This document shows positions 34,168-44,761 of a DNA stretch of 64,000 nucleotides, in pieces (the first letter of the stretch is position 1; each line of letters begins with the position of its first letter). The stretch spans positions 32,001 to 96,000 of the forward strand of contig OZ244958.1 of assembly GCA_965222575.1 (NCBI GenBank), read 5' to 3'. The notes under the pieces were generated by a model. That model did no database searches. It was given only the letters and a program-made list of their open reading frames with translations, and was not told the DNA's origin. The stretch comes from Alphaproteobacteria bacterium. GTDB taxonomy: Bacteria; Pseudomonadota; Alphaproteobacteria; G965222575. The position numbers were made by a program, and so were the translations under genes.

Positions 34168-36719
34168 TAAGAAGACCCCTTCAATCTCTTATAACGCCAT
34201 GCCTCTCCCCGACAAAGATGCCAATACGCCTTGTGATACGGCTTAAACTCCTTCTCCACAGGTTCAAAAACTTTCCCACCTCGATAAGCCCTTATTGTGT
34301 TCACAATCTTTTCTAACGCAACATCCATCTCTTTCCCCTTCATCTCCCTTCTCTTCCACTCTTCAAAGACTCTCCAGTATTCCAAAGACGGATTCCCAAA
34401 CGCTTCACCCCCCCCAACCCCTCCTCTTTGAGCAATATACCGCTGAAGGGCTAATTGATACAGGTAAGAAGTATTCCATGTGCCTGTCTTATACTCTACA
34501 ATCCGCTGTTGTTTTTCCTCCATTCTGTCCAGCCGCGCCGTCACAGTCACAGCCGTTTCGCGCAAGTGCGCACTGCCTCTACGCTCTCCTATAACCCCTT
34601 CCCGTCTTTCTTCCCAAATAAAAGGCAATACTCTCTTAAATAAAGGCCACCAAGTGATGAACTCCCCTGCTGTCCACAGGCTTTTTAGCCTCTCATGCGC
34701 CCTCAACAACACCTCCTCGTAAGACAGCACTTCTTTGCCCCGCGCAAACAATGTCTTCAAAATCTCATGAATACAACTCCCCAATTTCGCTCTACTATAC
34801 TCCTCTTCCTTTTCTTCCTCCACAGGCCTAAGTCCCATGATATGCGTAATCAAAAACTGATAAGAATTCGTCATCAAATCACAGACAGCACTAGCACTTA
34901 AAGTAGAAGGAAAATCCTCCGGCGGGAGGCGTACCCATGGTTTCTCCATAGACGAAAACGAAAGGGGAGTCCTGAGCGCTTTCCTCCACTCCATCACAGG
35001 GTGAGTCCCACTAGAGAAGTTTCGGAGTGTCAAAAACCACGGAGAGGGAAAATCTGTTTTTTGTCCCTGAGAATAGGTCAAAAAAACCTCCCGTCCATGA
35101 CAATGATACAGTAAGTCATGGGTTTTGAGTTCCAACTGCCAATCATAAGAAGGGAACCCACAAGCAATAGCAAGAGACTCATTAAGCCAAGCCGTATGCT
35201 GTTTTTCTCCGGGCCATCTCTTAGCTGTCATACCGGGAATAATCACCCTATCAGCTGTAAGAAATCGAGCAGAAAGACTGCTACACAGGCGAATGCGTTC
35301 ACAGACCTCTTGTCCTTCTAGCGGCACAGAATCCATAAGAGAAGGCAAAATCTTCACCCATAGAGAAGCAGGAATCTTGAAGCCTTTCTCTTCCTCCATG
35401 AGCCTCTCTAAAATCTCTACCATAGTCTCAGAGGGAGTGATTAACTCCATTAAAGCCTGTTGTGCACTGATAAGCTCTGAGAGACTCACATCTTCAAGTT
35501 GCGTCACTAAACGGTAAAAAGATTCATAAGCGGGGTGAGTGCAATCTATCTGTTGACCCTCCTGCCCCACCACTGCCTCCCCCTTTGCAACAGCCGCTGC
35601 CACAAGACCCCATTTGCGCCCACACTCATTGACTTTTAACGGCACAAGCGCCCAAGGCACAATTCCCCAACGCCGCAAAACACCCTGTACATGAAGACAA
35701 AGATTCCTATCCTCAACAACCACTAAGGCTGTCTTGTCTTTCTCTTCCACAACCTGACGCAATAAAAGAGCAATAGCAGTCGCTTCCGATAAAAGAGAGT
35801 CAAACTCTAAACAATAAAGACCACCAGCATCACCACACAATACCTCCTCCTCCCCCTCCTTCTCTTCGCTCTTCTTCACAAACACCCCTTCCAACAGCTC
35901 CCCACGCACCACAGAACACTTGCTCCTCTTCGTCTCCTCAAAACACACCACCCCCCCCGCCTCCACCTCTAAGGCTTCTAACAATTCTTTCACATAGGAA
36001 AACCCCTTAGGATTCTTATAATCCTTAAGAGACATCATGGTTCTTTCAGACCCCAAAGGCACAATAACCCCCCCCTGACAACTCCCCTCCCGTACCCCTT
36101 TCACAACTTCTACCAGTAACCTCCTCACAGAAGGCCAAGTCCCTAAAATTCCCGCCACATAAATCCTCTCCTCTTCCCCTCGAGAAACAGATTGCGTAAG
36201 GCTTTCTATCCCTGTCACCACACCCCGCTTAGGACTCCTATCCCAGATACCCTCAAGTACATGAAAAAGCTCCCTTAAAAAATCTACTTTGTCACGCCAG
36301 TAAGAAGAACCATCACTGGAAAGATGCCCCCCTATTTCCCCCCAATCCACCTCATTGATAATGCCGTGATCTAAAAAATTCCCAAGAGAAACTGCTAGCT
36401 CCCACAACACCTCTTGTTCCCCTGAAAAATATCCTCTCTCCTTCAAACAGTGATACAGCAAAAGATGCCAGTGCGTTTCTGTTAACGCCCCTTCCCCAGC
36501 CCCTAAGACCTCTATGTTCGGCAACAACATAGCCCCTCCCGGCGCATGCTTCACAAGATAAGAACAAAGAAACTTTCGTGCTAAATCATGAGGTACTACG
36601 ACTTTAAGGGTAGAAAAAAGAAGGGGGTCAGAGCTGTGACGACGCAACAATTCTCGAGACAATACCTCCCAGAAGCACTGCGTATTTCTAATACCAAAGA
36701 CACCACCAGACATGCTCAA
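34167..36719 (-). CDS. addB: Double-strand break repair protein AddB
   Basis: Abuts addA; AMLLPNI N-terminal motif, LSASAV..L..NSY and RLDR..EYKTG nuclease. Confidence 0.8.
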   Translation of the reverse strand: MSMSGGVFGIRNTQCFWEVLSRELLRRHSSDPLLFSTLKVVVPHDLARKFLCSYLVKHAPGGAMLLPNIEVLGAGEGALTETHWHLLLYHCLKERGYFSGEQEVLWELAVSLGNFLDHGIINEVDWGEIGGHLSSDGSSYWRDKVDFLRELFHVLEGIWDRSPKRGVVTGIESLTQSVSRGEEERIYVAGILGTWPSVRRLLVEVVKGVREGSCQGGVIVPLGSERTMMSLKDYKNPKGFSYVKELLEALEVEAGGVVCFEETKRSKCSVVRGELLEGVFVKKSEEKEGEEEVLCGDAGGLYCLEFDSLLSEATAIALLLRQVVEEKDKTALVVVEDRNLCLHVQGVLRRWGIVPWALVPLKVNECGRKWGLVAAAVAKGEAVVGQEGQQIDCTHPAYESFYRLVTQLEDVSLSELISAQQALMELITPSETMVEILERLMEEEKGFKIPASLWVKILPSLMDSVPLEGQEVCERIRLCSSLSARFLTADRVIIPGMTAKRWPGEKQHTAWLNESLAIACGFPSYDWQLELKTHDLLYHCHGREVFLTYSQGQKTDFPSPWFLTLRNFSSGTHPVMEWRKALRTPLSFSSMEKPWVRLPPEDFPSTLSASAVCDLMTNSYQFLITHIMGLRPVEEEKEEEYSRAKLGSCIHEILKTLFARGKEVLSYEEVLLRAHERLKSLWTAGEFITWWPLFKRVLPFIWEERREGVIGERRGSAHLRETAVTVTARLDRMEEKQQRIVEYKTGTWNTSYLYQLALQRYIAQRGGVGGGEAFGNPSLEYWRVFEEWKRREMKGKEMDVALEKIVNTIRAYRGGKVFEPVEKEFKPYHKAYWHLCRGEAWRYKRLKGSS

Positions 36720-37174
36720 TCACACAAAGCTATCAGTGCTTCTTTCCACCTTTCCTCACTGCCCTCTAAGGACACTTCACGCCCCTGGGCTCGAAAATTG
36801 AGAGTCAGGTACAAGGTATCAGGCGCTAAAATATGACTCGCCATCTCCGGCCATTCCACCAGCATCAACCCCCCACTCATAAGCTCTTCTAATCCCAAAA
36901 ACGCAACCTCTGCCTTTGTCCGTAGCCGATACAAATCCACATGATAAACTGTGCCCCTTTGCGTCTCATAGGAAAGCACAAGAGGAAACGTAGGACTTTG
37001 AACAGCATCGACTTCAAAAGGCGAAAAAAAAGGCAACATACATCTCACTAACGTGGTTTTCCCAACACCTATAGCACCTGTAAGGGCTATGGTATCCGTA
37101 AAGGATACCTGCTTTGCTAAGCGGTTGGCAAAAAGCTCAAAAGAGGAAAATGTCGGCAAAAAAAGAGAGGGCAT
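36716..37174 (-). CDS. tsaE: tRNA threonylcarbamoyladenosine biosynthesis ATPase
   Basis: GAIGVGKTT, VQSPTF, HVDLYRL, LVEWP. Confidence 0.95.
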   Translation of the reverse strand: MPSLFLPTFSSFELFANRLAKQVSFTDTIALTGAIGVGKTTLVRCMLPFFSPFEVDAVQSPTFPLVLSYETQRGTVYHVDLYRLRTKAEVAFLGLEELMSGGLMLVEWPEMASHILAPDTLYLTLNFRAQGREVSLEGSEERWKEALIALCD

Positions 37175-37175
37175 C

Positions 37176-38558
37176 TCAGAGCAACTCTCTTAAAACCTCA
37201 TCCACTTGCTCCTTCAAACAGGAATCACTTTCCACCAAATCAGAGATTTTCTTGATACTATAAGAGGTGGCTTGAAGCCCTCGGTTAAACTTGCGGGCTA
37301 TTTCAGCTAAAGACACTGTTGTATGACGACGGCTCAGATACATCGCTATTTGGCGCGCCCGACGAACATGCAGAACCCTCGTTCTAGAAATCATCTCCTC
37401 CACAGAACACTCAAACATAGAACAACAATACTGTTGAATCTTTTTGACAGTGAGCGCACCTTTCTTGTGATACACAGGCTTAAACAAAACTTCCACAGCC
37501 TGTAAGGTAAGAGGCAAGTTACTCAACTGATGATGAACCCATAGACGATGCAACGCACCTTGTAACTCCCTGTGCGTCTTAAAACGAGACACCAAAAACC
37601 CCACAACTTCTTTCGCAAGAGGAAGGGTATTCTGAAACAATTTCTGATTCATACTCTTGAGAACTCCTTCGCGCAAAACAGGACGACTATCAGCAATAGC
37701 ACACACCATACCGCCACACAAACGCTCCTTCAAACGGCTATGAAACGCTTCAAAAGAGCCAGTATTCTGCGCACAGATAATACGTCCTCCTTTTTCTATA
37801 ATCCTATCCATCACATAACACGCTTCCTTTTGACATTGAGGCTTCTTCTCCAGAAACTGAATATCATCCATCAGTAGCATATCAGAATGACACAAAGAGG
37901 CTTTATAAGCTCCTACGGTTTTGTTCCTCAAGGACTCTACAAACTGGTTCACAAACACTTCCGTGGGTAAAAACCTCACCTTCTCAGACGGGCGCACTTT
38001 CTCTATATAGTTACGCACACTCTGCAGCAAATGTGTTTTCCCAACACCAACAGACCCACGAATCAAAAGAGACTGAAAAGGTAATTGACGATTTTCTACA
38101 AAACGCTTTGCCATACTATAGGCAACGTTATTTTCTTCCCCCACAACAAAGGTCTCAAATGTCCCTTGATACTTCTTTTCACAACAATGAACAGTTGGCT
38201 TGTCTTCTTGAACAGGCCGTTTAGTGGTCACTTGAAAATCTACTTGCCTAAGAGAGGGCCAAATAACAGTAGCAACCTTAAAGAGAACAACCCTATAGTT
38301 CGATTTTACCCAATCCCTTCTAAAAGGAGTCAAAAAAGAAAAGATGACCTCTATCTCTCCCGCGCGGTGTACCCCCATAGAAGCAAACCAATGAGAAAAT
38401 TCCCCCTCCTTGACCGCAGATTTTAACGCCCTAAAAAACAGCGCAACTTCCTGTTGAGAAGATGAGAGAACCCCTTGTTGAGAGGAAGTAATAATAGGAG
38501 AGGATTTTTCCTTCACTAAGGAAAGTTCTCCTCTACATAACTTCCCCAACTCTTTCAT
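37176..38558 (-). CDS. dnaA: Chromosomal replication initiator DnaA (divergent)
   Basis: TFETFVVGEEN, GSVGVGKTHLL, LMDDIQFL, RELQGAL, ARQIAMYLSR; all four domains present. Confidence 0.88.
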   Translation of the reverse strand: MKELGKLCRGELSLVKEKSSPIITSSQQGVLSSSQQEVALFFRALKSAVKEGEFSHWFASMGVHRAGEIEVIFSFLTPFRRDWVKSNYRVVLFKVATVIWPSLRQVDFQVTTKRPVQEDKPTVHCCEKKYQGTFETFVVGEENNVAYSMAKRFVENRQLPFQSLLIRGSVGVGKTHLLQSVRNYIEKVRPSEKVRFLPTEVFVNQFVESLRNKTVGAYKASLCHSDMLLMDDIQFLEKKPQCQKEACYVMDRIIEKGGRIICAQNTGSFEAFHSRLKERLCGGMVCAIADSRPVLREGVLKSMNQKLFQNTLPLAKEVVGFLVSRFKTHRELQGALHRLWVHHQLSNLPLTLQAVEVLFKPVYHKKGALTVKKIQQYCCSMFECSVEEMISRTRVLHVRRARQIAMYLSRRHTTVSLAEIARKFNRGLQATSYSIKKISDLVESDSCLKEQVDEVLRELL

Positions 38559-38865
38559 TAAGCTACCTTCTTACTAGACTCTCTCATAGCAAATTCCTAT
38601 CTTCAACTCTCTAACTACTACTAACTTCCTATAACTTCATGCTCCATCGCTCCTCGAAAGGAGAGAATAATTTACCATACCACTGCCTCAAAAACTTCTC
38701 AAGAGACAAGCTTAAGACGCTTATAATTCCAGTGATTTTGAAATGAGTAAAACCCTTCTTCACCACCCTCCGCTTCTCTTCATTTTCAAAAAACATTGAA
38801 GCTATAAGGACATTTCCTATAGAATCACCACACGCAAAACACCCACCCCCAATGCCCTCTCTTCC

Positions 38866-40437
38866 ATGAGCCGCCACACCCCCTTTCCCACAACATCTTG
38901 GCCCTTCCATATCGCCGAGGAAATCTTCACCCAACGCAAGAAAACAGATAGCGTGCGATTCCAAACAGGCTATGGTCCTTCAGGACTCCCTCATATTGGA
39001 ACATTCTGTGAAGTCGCACGTACAACAATGGTACGAAAAGCTTTGGCGTATCAATTTGGAAAAAAAACAGAACTTATTTGCTTTTCCGATGACATGGACG
39101 GATTGCGCACCTTACCTCAGACCCTTCCAAACCCTGAAAAATACCAAGAATTCCTCCACAAACCCCTCTGTCACATTCCCGACCCTTACGGAAAAGCTCA
39201 GAGCTTCGCTCAAGGCAACAATGACAGACTCAAAGCCTTTTTAGAGGCCTTTGGATTCGACTATACCTTCATAAGCGCTCAAGACGCTTACACCTCCGGG
39301 CGCTTCGATAAAATGCTCCTCAAAATACTGAAGCACCATGACAAAATCGTCAACTTACTACTTCCCACCTTAGGGGAAAAAAGACGCAAGACCTACAGTC
39401 CCTTTTTGCCCATTTCACCAACAACCGGCAGACTCCTTCAGACAAAAATCTTGGAAACCCATCCCAACCACGGAACAGTGGTCTTTCAAGATGAACAGGG
39501 AAAACTCACAGAACTGCCCGTAACAGGAGGACAGTGCAAACTCCAATGGAAAGCCGATTGGGGCATGCGTTGGGCAGCACTTGGGATTGATTTTGAAATG
39601 TATGGCAAAGACTTAATAGAATCTGCCGCACTGGCTGAAAAAATCTGTAAAATCTTAGGAGAAAAACCACCTGTTCTCTCCTTCTATGAACTGTTCTTAG
39701 ATGAAGAGGGAAAGAAAATCTCAAAATCTAAAGGCAATGGATTATCCATGGAGCAATGGCTAAGATACGGCTCAAAAGAAAGTCTTTTGTGGTTTCTATA
39801 CCAGCACCCCAAACGCGCCAAACGATTACACCTCGCCGGCATACCCAAAGCTATGGATGATTACTTCACAGCCCTTAAAACTTCTCCCTCCATTCCCCCT
39901 CAAAACCTCCCTCATCACCCCTTATGGCACATCCATCAGGGAAATATTCCCTCCTACAAAACAGCCCCTACCCTCTCCTTTTCTCTCTTGATAAATCTCG
40001 CTAGCGCCTGCCATGTAGACAATCCCAATATCCTCTGGAAGTTTATCAAAAAATACGACCCCAATACCAGTGAAAACTCGCCTGTTATGCAACAATTGCT
40101 ACAAAACATCCTTCACTATTATCAAGATATCTTCAAGCCCCTTCGTCAACCAAGACCCCCTACAGGAAAGGAAATCAAAGCCCTCAATGCCTTAAAAATC
40201 GCTTTCTCTAACCTCAAAACCCCAAAAGAAGAAGAAATTCAAACAACCATCTTTCAGGTAGGAAAAGCACAAGGATATGAAAAAATAAGCCAGTGGTTTC
40301 AATGCCTCTATGAAATTTTACTAGGCCACAAACAAGGCCCGCGACTTGGCTCTTTCATCTTCCTGTACGGCCTTAACAATACCTGCCTCCTCATCGACCA
40401 AGCCCTCTGCTATCATGCCAACAACCATTCAAGTTAA
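38866..40437 (+). CDS. lysS: Lysine--tRNA ligase, class I
   Basis: TGYGPSGLPHIGT, SDDMDGLR, KLQWKADW, KISKSKGNG, GPRLGSF. Confidence 0.95.
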   Translation: MSRHTPFPTTSWPFHIAEEIFTQRKKTDSVRFQTGYGPSGLPHIGTFCEVARTTMVRKALAYQFGKKTELICFSDDMDGLRTLPQTLPNPEKYQEFLHKPLCHIPDPYGKAQSFAQGNNDRLKAFLEAFGFDYTFISAQDAYTSGRFDKMLLKILKHHDKIVNLLLPTLGEKRRKTYSPFLPISPTTGRLLQTKILETHPNHGTVVFQDEQGKLTELPVTGGQCKLQWKADWGMRWAALGIDFEMYGKDLIESAALAEKICKILGEKPPVLSFYELFLDEEGKKISKSKGNGLSMEQWLRYGSKESLLWFLYQHPKRAKRLHLAGIPKAMDDYFTALKTSPSIPPQNLPHHPLWHIHQGNIPSYKTAPTLSFSLLINLASACHVDNPNILWKFIKKYDPNTSENSPVMQQLLQNILHYYQDIFKPLRQPRPPTGKEIKALNALKIAFSNLKTPKEEEIQTTIFQVGKAQGYEKISQWFQCLYEILLGHKQGPRLGSFIFLYGLNNTCLLIDQALCYHANNHSS

Positions 40438-41260
40438 GGCCCCTGCTAAACTGAACCTCTTCTTACAGCTCACGGGACTTCGAGCAGATGGGTATCACCT
40501 GATTCATAGCTATGTCCTCTTTCTTTCTCTGTGTGACACCCTGCACATCACATACCCAGGACACAACCTTCTCACCTCCAAACTCACCATAACAAAAGAG
40601 AACACTGTCCTCAGAGCAGCGCAAGCTTTAGGCTTACACGCTGATTTTCTCCTAGAGAAATCCATCCCCCTAGGCGCCGGACTAGGAGGCGGCGCAGCAG
40701 ACGCCGCCGCTTGCCTCAGAGGCCTGCTCTCCTTCATGCCCCACTCTGAAAAAAAACCCTCTAAAAAGAAAATACTAGACATCTGCCTCTCCATTGGCGC
40801 CGATGTGCCCATTTGCTACTACAAAACCCCATGCCTAGTGCAGGGCATTGGAGAACTCTTAACACCCCTGCCACCCCCAACAACTGAACTAGGCTTTCTC
40901 ATCATCTATCCCAACTTCCCTTTAAGCACACAAGAAGTCTTCCAAAAAAATAACCAACCCTTTCAACCACCTCCACTCCCTATCCCCCAACACTTTACTT
41001 CTCTTAAGCACTTCCTAACCTACCTCAACGCACACACCAACAGCCTAACCCCTACCGCTATTGCCCTTTACCCTCCCATCAAACACATCTTAAAAGCTTT
41101 AGAAATGACATCCTCTTGTCTTTTAGCACAAATGACAGGAAGCGGAAGTGCTTGCTTCGGTCTCTTTCCTACCCTTTCTCACGCTCAACAAGCCTTAAAA
41201 CCCCTCAAAAAAACCTTTTCAGACTGTCAACTCATAGCCTGTAGCGTACTTAAGACCTAA
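40415..41260 (+). CDS. ispE: 4-diphosphocytidyl-2-C-methyl-D-erythritol kinase
   Basis: APAKLNLFL..G.RADGYH, KSIPLGAGLGGGAADAA, GADVP, MTGSGSACF. Start moved to ATG 40415. Confidence 0.93.
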   Translation: MPTTIQVKAPAKLNLFLQLTGLRADGYHLIHSYVLFLSLCDTLHITYPGHNLLTSKLTITKENTVLRAAQALGLHADFLLEKSIPLGAGLGGGAADAAACLRGLLSFMPHSEKKPSKKKILDICLSIGADVPICYYKTPCLVQGIGELLTPLPPPTTELGFLIIYPNFPLSTQEVFQKNNQPFQPPPLPIPQHFTSLKHFLTYLNAHTNSLTPTAIALYPPIKHILKALEMTSSCLLAQMTGSGSACFGLFPTLSHAQQALKPLKKTFSDCQLIACSVLKT

Positions 41261-42053
41261 TCTTCCACCCCTTATCCCATGCCACATAACAGAACCCTAA
41301 CACCACCACATCTAACACCCCTAGAAAAACCAAAGACACTGCAACAGGCATATCACTCACGCCAATAGCCCCATACCGAAAAACATCAATCAGATAAAAA
41401 AACGGATTAAAATAGCTTACATACTGCAAGACTAAGGGCAGGTCTGCTATGGAATAAAACGCTCCTGATAACATAGAAAAAGGGGCAATAATAAAGTTCG
41501 ATACAAAGGCCATATTCTGAAAACTTTTCGACCACATACCAGCAAGAAAACCAAATCCCCCCATAATACTCCCTTGCAAAAAACAGGCCACCACCATAAT
41601 AGGAAGAGACACAGGAAACGGGGCGCGAATAAAGAAAAAGACAACTAAAAAGGTCAAAAAGGCAATGAGAAAACTACGCGTCATACTCACGCCAATATGG
41701 GCAACAAGGACTTCAAAAGACCCAAGAGGCGGCCTGATAATATCTAAAATACTGCCCGTAATCTTCGCCATGACAAGAGTAGAACTGCTATTCATGAAAG
41801 CATTTTGTATCACCATCATGGAAATCAGGCCCGGATAAAGAAAAATTAAAAAAGAAGACCCTTGAAAACTCGCCGACTCTACGCGCCCCTTGAAAATAAT
41901 AGCCATAATTAGCAAAAACAAAAGCGCATTAATACACGGCCACACCAAGGTCTGACCAGCAATGCTAAACAGGCGATTGACTTCCTGAATGTACAATACC
42001 TTAAGCCCCTTCCAATTAATCATATGGGGATAACGCTTCATCATGCCTCCCAA
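41250..42053 (-). CDS. ABC-2 type transporter permease (YadH-like)
   Basis: Six hydrophobic segments; FLYPGLISM..NAF.NSS, LSGAFYSI..LP, NPFFYLID.FRY. Confidence 0.85.
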   Translation of the reverse strand: MGGMMKRYPHMINWKGLKVLYIQEVNRLFSIAGQTLVWPCINALLFLLIMAIIFKGRVESASFQGSSFLIFLYPGLISMMVIQNAFMNSSSTLVMAKITGSILDIIRPPLGSFEVLVAHIGVSMTRSFLIAFLTFLVVFFFIRAPFPVSLPIMVVACFLQGSIMGGFGFLAGMWSKSFQNMAFVSNFIIAPFSMLSGAFYSIADLPLVLQYVSYFNPFFYLIDVFRYGAIGVSDMPVAVSLVFLGVLDVVVLGFCYVAWDKGWKIRS

Positions 42054-42065
42054 AAATCCCGTTAC

Positions 42066-42992
42066 TTAATCTTGTATGACAATATGGTGTTGAAGCTTTT
42101 TCAAAGCCTCTTGTTCAATCTGTCTCACTCGTTCGCGACTAATGCCAAAACGAGTGCTGAGAACTTGCAACGTCTCAACAGGCTCTTTTAACTTTCTTGC
42201 ACGCACAATTTCCTGCTCGCGTGGTGATAAAGCCTTCAAAGCCTTTTTCAGTTGGCGACACAAACCCTGCTTCTCTTCAGAATCCTCTAGCACACTCTGT
42301 TGAGATAACGCCGCTTGATCCACCATAGTGCCTATCCATTCTTCTCCTGTGTCTCCCCTAAGAGGCGCATTTAAGGATTGATCATGATAAGTCAACGCTC
42401 TATCCATCACCACCACATCATTTTTATCAATGCCCATCCGCCTAGCAAGAACACTCGCTTCCAAAGAAGACAATGTCCCATCAAAACGTTGAATATCCTC
42501 TTTAAGGCGCCGGAGATTAAAGAAAAGCTTTTTCTGGCTAGAGGTCTTGCCAATTCTTACCAAAGACCAAGATTTCAGGATATATTCTTGAATCGTAGCT
42601 CTAATCCACCAAATCGCGTAAGTAGAAAGGCGAAATCCCTTATCAGGATTAAACCGTTTGACCGCCTGCATAAGACCAATATTGCCTTCCGATATCATAT
42701 CAGGCATAGCAAGACCATACCCCTTATATTGTACTGCCATTTTTGCTACTAGTCGCAAGTGAGAGGTCACAAGCCGATGTGCCGCCTCCAGATCATTGCG
42801 TTCACGCCAAGCTTGGGCGAGTTTTACTTCCTCTTCTTTTCCTAAGATAGGCACTGCGTGAATCCCACGAAGATACGCCTTTAAGCCTCCTTTTTCAGAG
42901 GGATCCAAAAAAGGCATCGCCTGTACTTCAGGACGCGGCGGGAGAGTCACCTCTTTGCTCTTTTCAGAGGGAGTTTTACCTAAATCATTCAT
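42066..42992 (-). CDS. rpoH: RNA polymerase sigma-32 factor
   Basis: LVTSHLRLVAK, GFRLSTYAIWWIRA, RpoH box SQKKLFFNLRR, GISRERVRQIE. Confidence 0.95.
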   Translation of the reverse strand: MNDLGKTPSEKSKEVTLPPRPEVQAMPFLDPSEKGGLKAYLRGIHAVPILGKEEEVKLAQAWRERNDLEAAHRLVTSHLRLVAKMAVQYKGYGLAMPDMISEGNIGLMQAVKRFNPDKGFRLSTYAIWWIRATIQEYILKSWSLVRIGKTSSQKKLFFNLRRLKEDIQRFDGTLSSLEASVLARRMGIDKNDVVVMDRALTYHDQSLNAPLRGDTGEEWIGTMVDQAALSQQSVLEDSEEKQGLCRQLKKALKALSPREQEIVRARKLKEPVETLQVLSTRFGISRERVRQIEQEALKKLQHHIVIQD

Positions 42993-44254
42993 GCTTTTAG
43001 AAGGGACCTGCTCCCAATATCTTTTCTATACTGCATCCCCCGAAAGGTAATCCCCTCTATGGTTTTATAAACCGTTTTCAGAGCCTCTGCCATTGTTTGT
43101 GCTTGCGCCGTCACCGTCAACACGCGACCGCCACTCACCACCATATCACCCCCAACTTTCTTGGTAGCCCCATGAAAAATCTTCACCTGCTCCGATAATG
43201 GAACGCAAAGACCCCCAATCACAGCCCCCTCCTCCACAGGGGCAACAGGATAACCCCCAGCCGCTAAAACAACACCAGCCATCACCCCCTCACGCCAAAC
43301 AATCTCAATATCTCCCAACCCCTCACCCCTAGCCACAGCTTCAAAAATCTCCAGTAAAGATGTCTCCAATCTAGGAAGTATCACCTGACACTCAGGGTCT
43401 CCAAAACGACAATTATACTCTATCAAGACATACCCCCGCGAGGTCTTCATCAATCCTAAATACAAAACCCCCCTATAAGGACACCCCAACTCTTCCATAG
43501 CCCTCAAAGTCGGTACCACAAAACACACACGAAGTGCCTCTACCTGCTCAACACTCAACGGCCACATAATAGCACCCATTCCCCCCGTATTCGGACCCTC
43601 GTCTCCCTCCTTAAGACGCTTATAATCTCGCGCAGACCCAAGATACAAAACCTCCTTACCATCAGTAAGAAAAAATACACTCAACTCCTCTCCTTCAAGA
43701 CACTCTTCCAACACAATACCGCACTGCCGATGCTTCTGTTGCTGCAAAAGTCCATCAATATGCGCAAAAACACTTTTCTCTTCCTCTATAATACACACCC
43801 CTTTCCCACCAGCGTAACCATCCTGCTTCACCACAAGAGGCAACCCTAAAACCCTCAACGCCTCCAATACTTCCCGCTTTTCGCGCACAACACGAAAACG
43901 AGCCTTGGGAATCCCATACCGCGCACAAAGAATATTCGCAAAAGACTTAGAAGACTCCAACCGCACAGCCCGTTCACTAGGACCAAAAGCTAAAATACCA
44001 GCCTCCTCCAACCTATCTACAACCCCAGCCGCTAAAGGAAGCTCACTACCCGATATCACCAACTCTATCCCCTCTTCCACACACCACGACACCACTTGCC
44101 TAACATCACAATACTCTAAAGGGACACACCGTGCCATAGACTCTATCCCCCCATTGCCAGGGGCACAATATACTCCCTCACACTCACGCACTAACGCCTC
44201 ACATAAGGCATGCTCGCGTCCTCCTCCCCCCAATACCAAAACCTTTCTTACCAT
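42989..44254 (-). CDS. purD: Phosphoribosylamine--glycine ligase
   Basis: GGGGREHAL, APGNGG, LESSK, GPNTGGMGA, EYNCRFGDPE, YRKDIG. Confidence 0.96.
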   Translation of the reverse strand: MVRKVLVLGGGGREHALCEALVRECEGVYCAPGNGGIESMARCVPLEYCDVRQVVSWCVEEGIELVISGSELPLAAGVVDRLEEAGILAFGPSERAVRLESSKSFANILCARYGIPKARFRVVREKREVLEALRVLGLPLVVKQDGYAGGKGVCIIEEEKSVFAHIDGLLQQQKHRQCGIVLEECLEGEELSVFFLTDGKEVLYLGSARDYKRLKEGDEGPNTGGMGAIMWPLSVEQVEALRVCFVVPTLRAMEELGCPYRGVLYLGLMKTSRGYVLIEYNCRFGDPECQVILPRLETSLLEIFEAVARGEGLGDIEIVWREGVMAGVVLAAGGYPVAPVEEGAVIGGLCVPLSEQVKIFHGATKKVGGDMVVSGGRVLTVTAQAQTMAEALKTVYKTIEGITFRGMQYRKDIGSRSLLKA

Positions 44255-44448
44255 TCTTCACTTCTCTTCATGATTCCCCCCCCTCACAATGACACTATAA
44301 CACATCTTAACAAATTCAAGACCTAAGGCTTCCTCCAGATGACTACCAACGGAAAAAACCCCACAGTATAACGCAAGCTCAATAAATAAAACCCTAGAGA
44401 TTTCTCTAAACAATAATACGAAAAACCTCACAATCAGTATAACACATC

Positions 44449-44751
44449 TTGACAAATAAAAACTATGAAAAATCTTGTTCCCTACTGAAGAATGCCCCTA
44501 TAATGAACACTATGATATTGCGGAGATTTTCCTTAAGAATTTTGACTCTACCCCTTACCTTCGCCCTGTTGCTAGTGGTGATTATTGTCGGGGCAATTTT
44601 CATGCTGTTTGCTACAATTGTTGTCACCCTAATAGGCCTTGTAGCACACCCACTAGGGCTTCTAAAAAAGCGCCCCTCACACAAAAAATCCCCACAGCAA
44701 CACCTGTTATTAGTCTACGATAAAATCACCAAAACTTGGAGAAAAGAATAA
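44449..44751 (+). CDS. Small hypothetical membrane protein (start uncertain)
   Basis: Long hydrophobic stretch followed by a basic tail. Confidence 0.5.
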   Translation: MTNKNYEKSCSLLKNAPIMNTMILRRFSLRILTLPLTFALLLVVIIVGAIFMLFATIVVTLIGLVAHPLGLLKKRPSHKKSPQQHLLLVYDKITKTWRKE

Positions 44752-44761
44752 TCCTTTCTCT

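Noticed and set aside
38560-38865. oriC upstream of dnaA; ORF 38629-38964
   Set aside because: No recognisable DnaA-box cluster or unwinding element. The ORF overlaps lysS antisense and has no motif.
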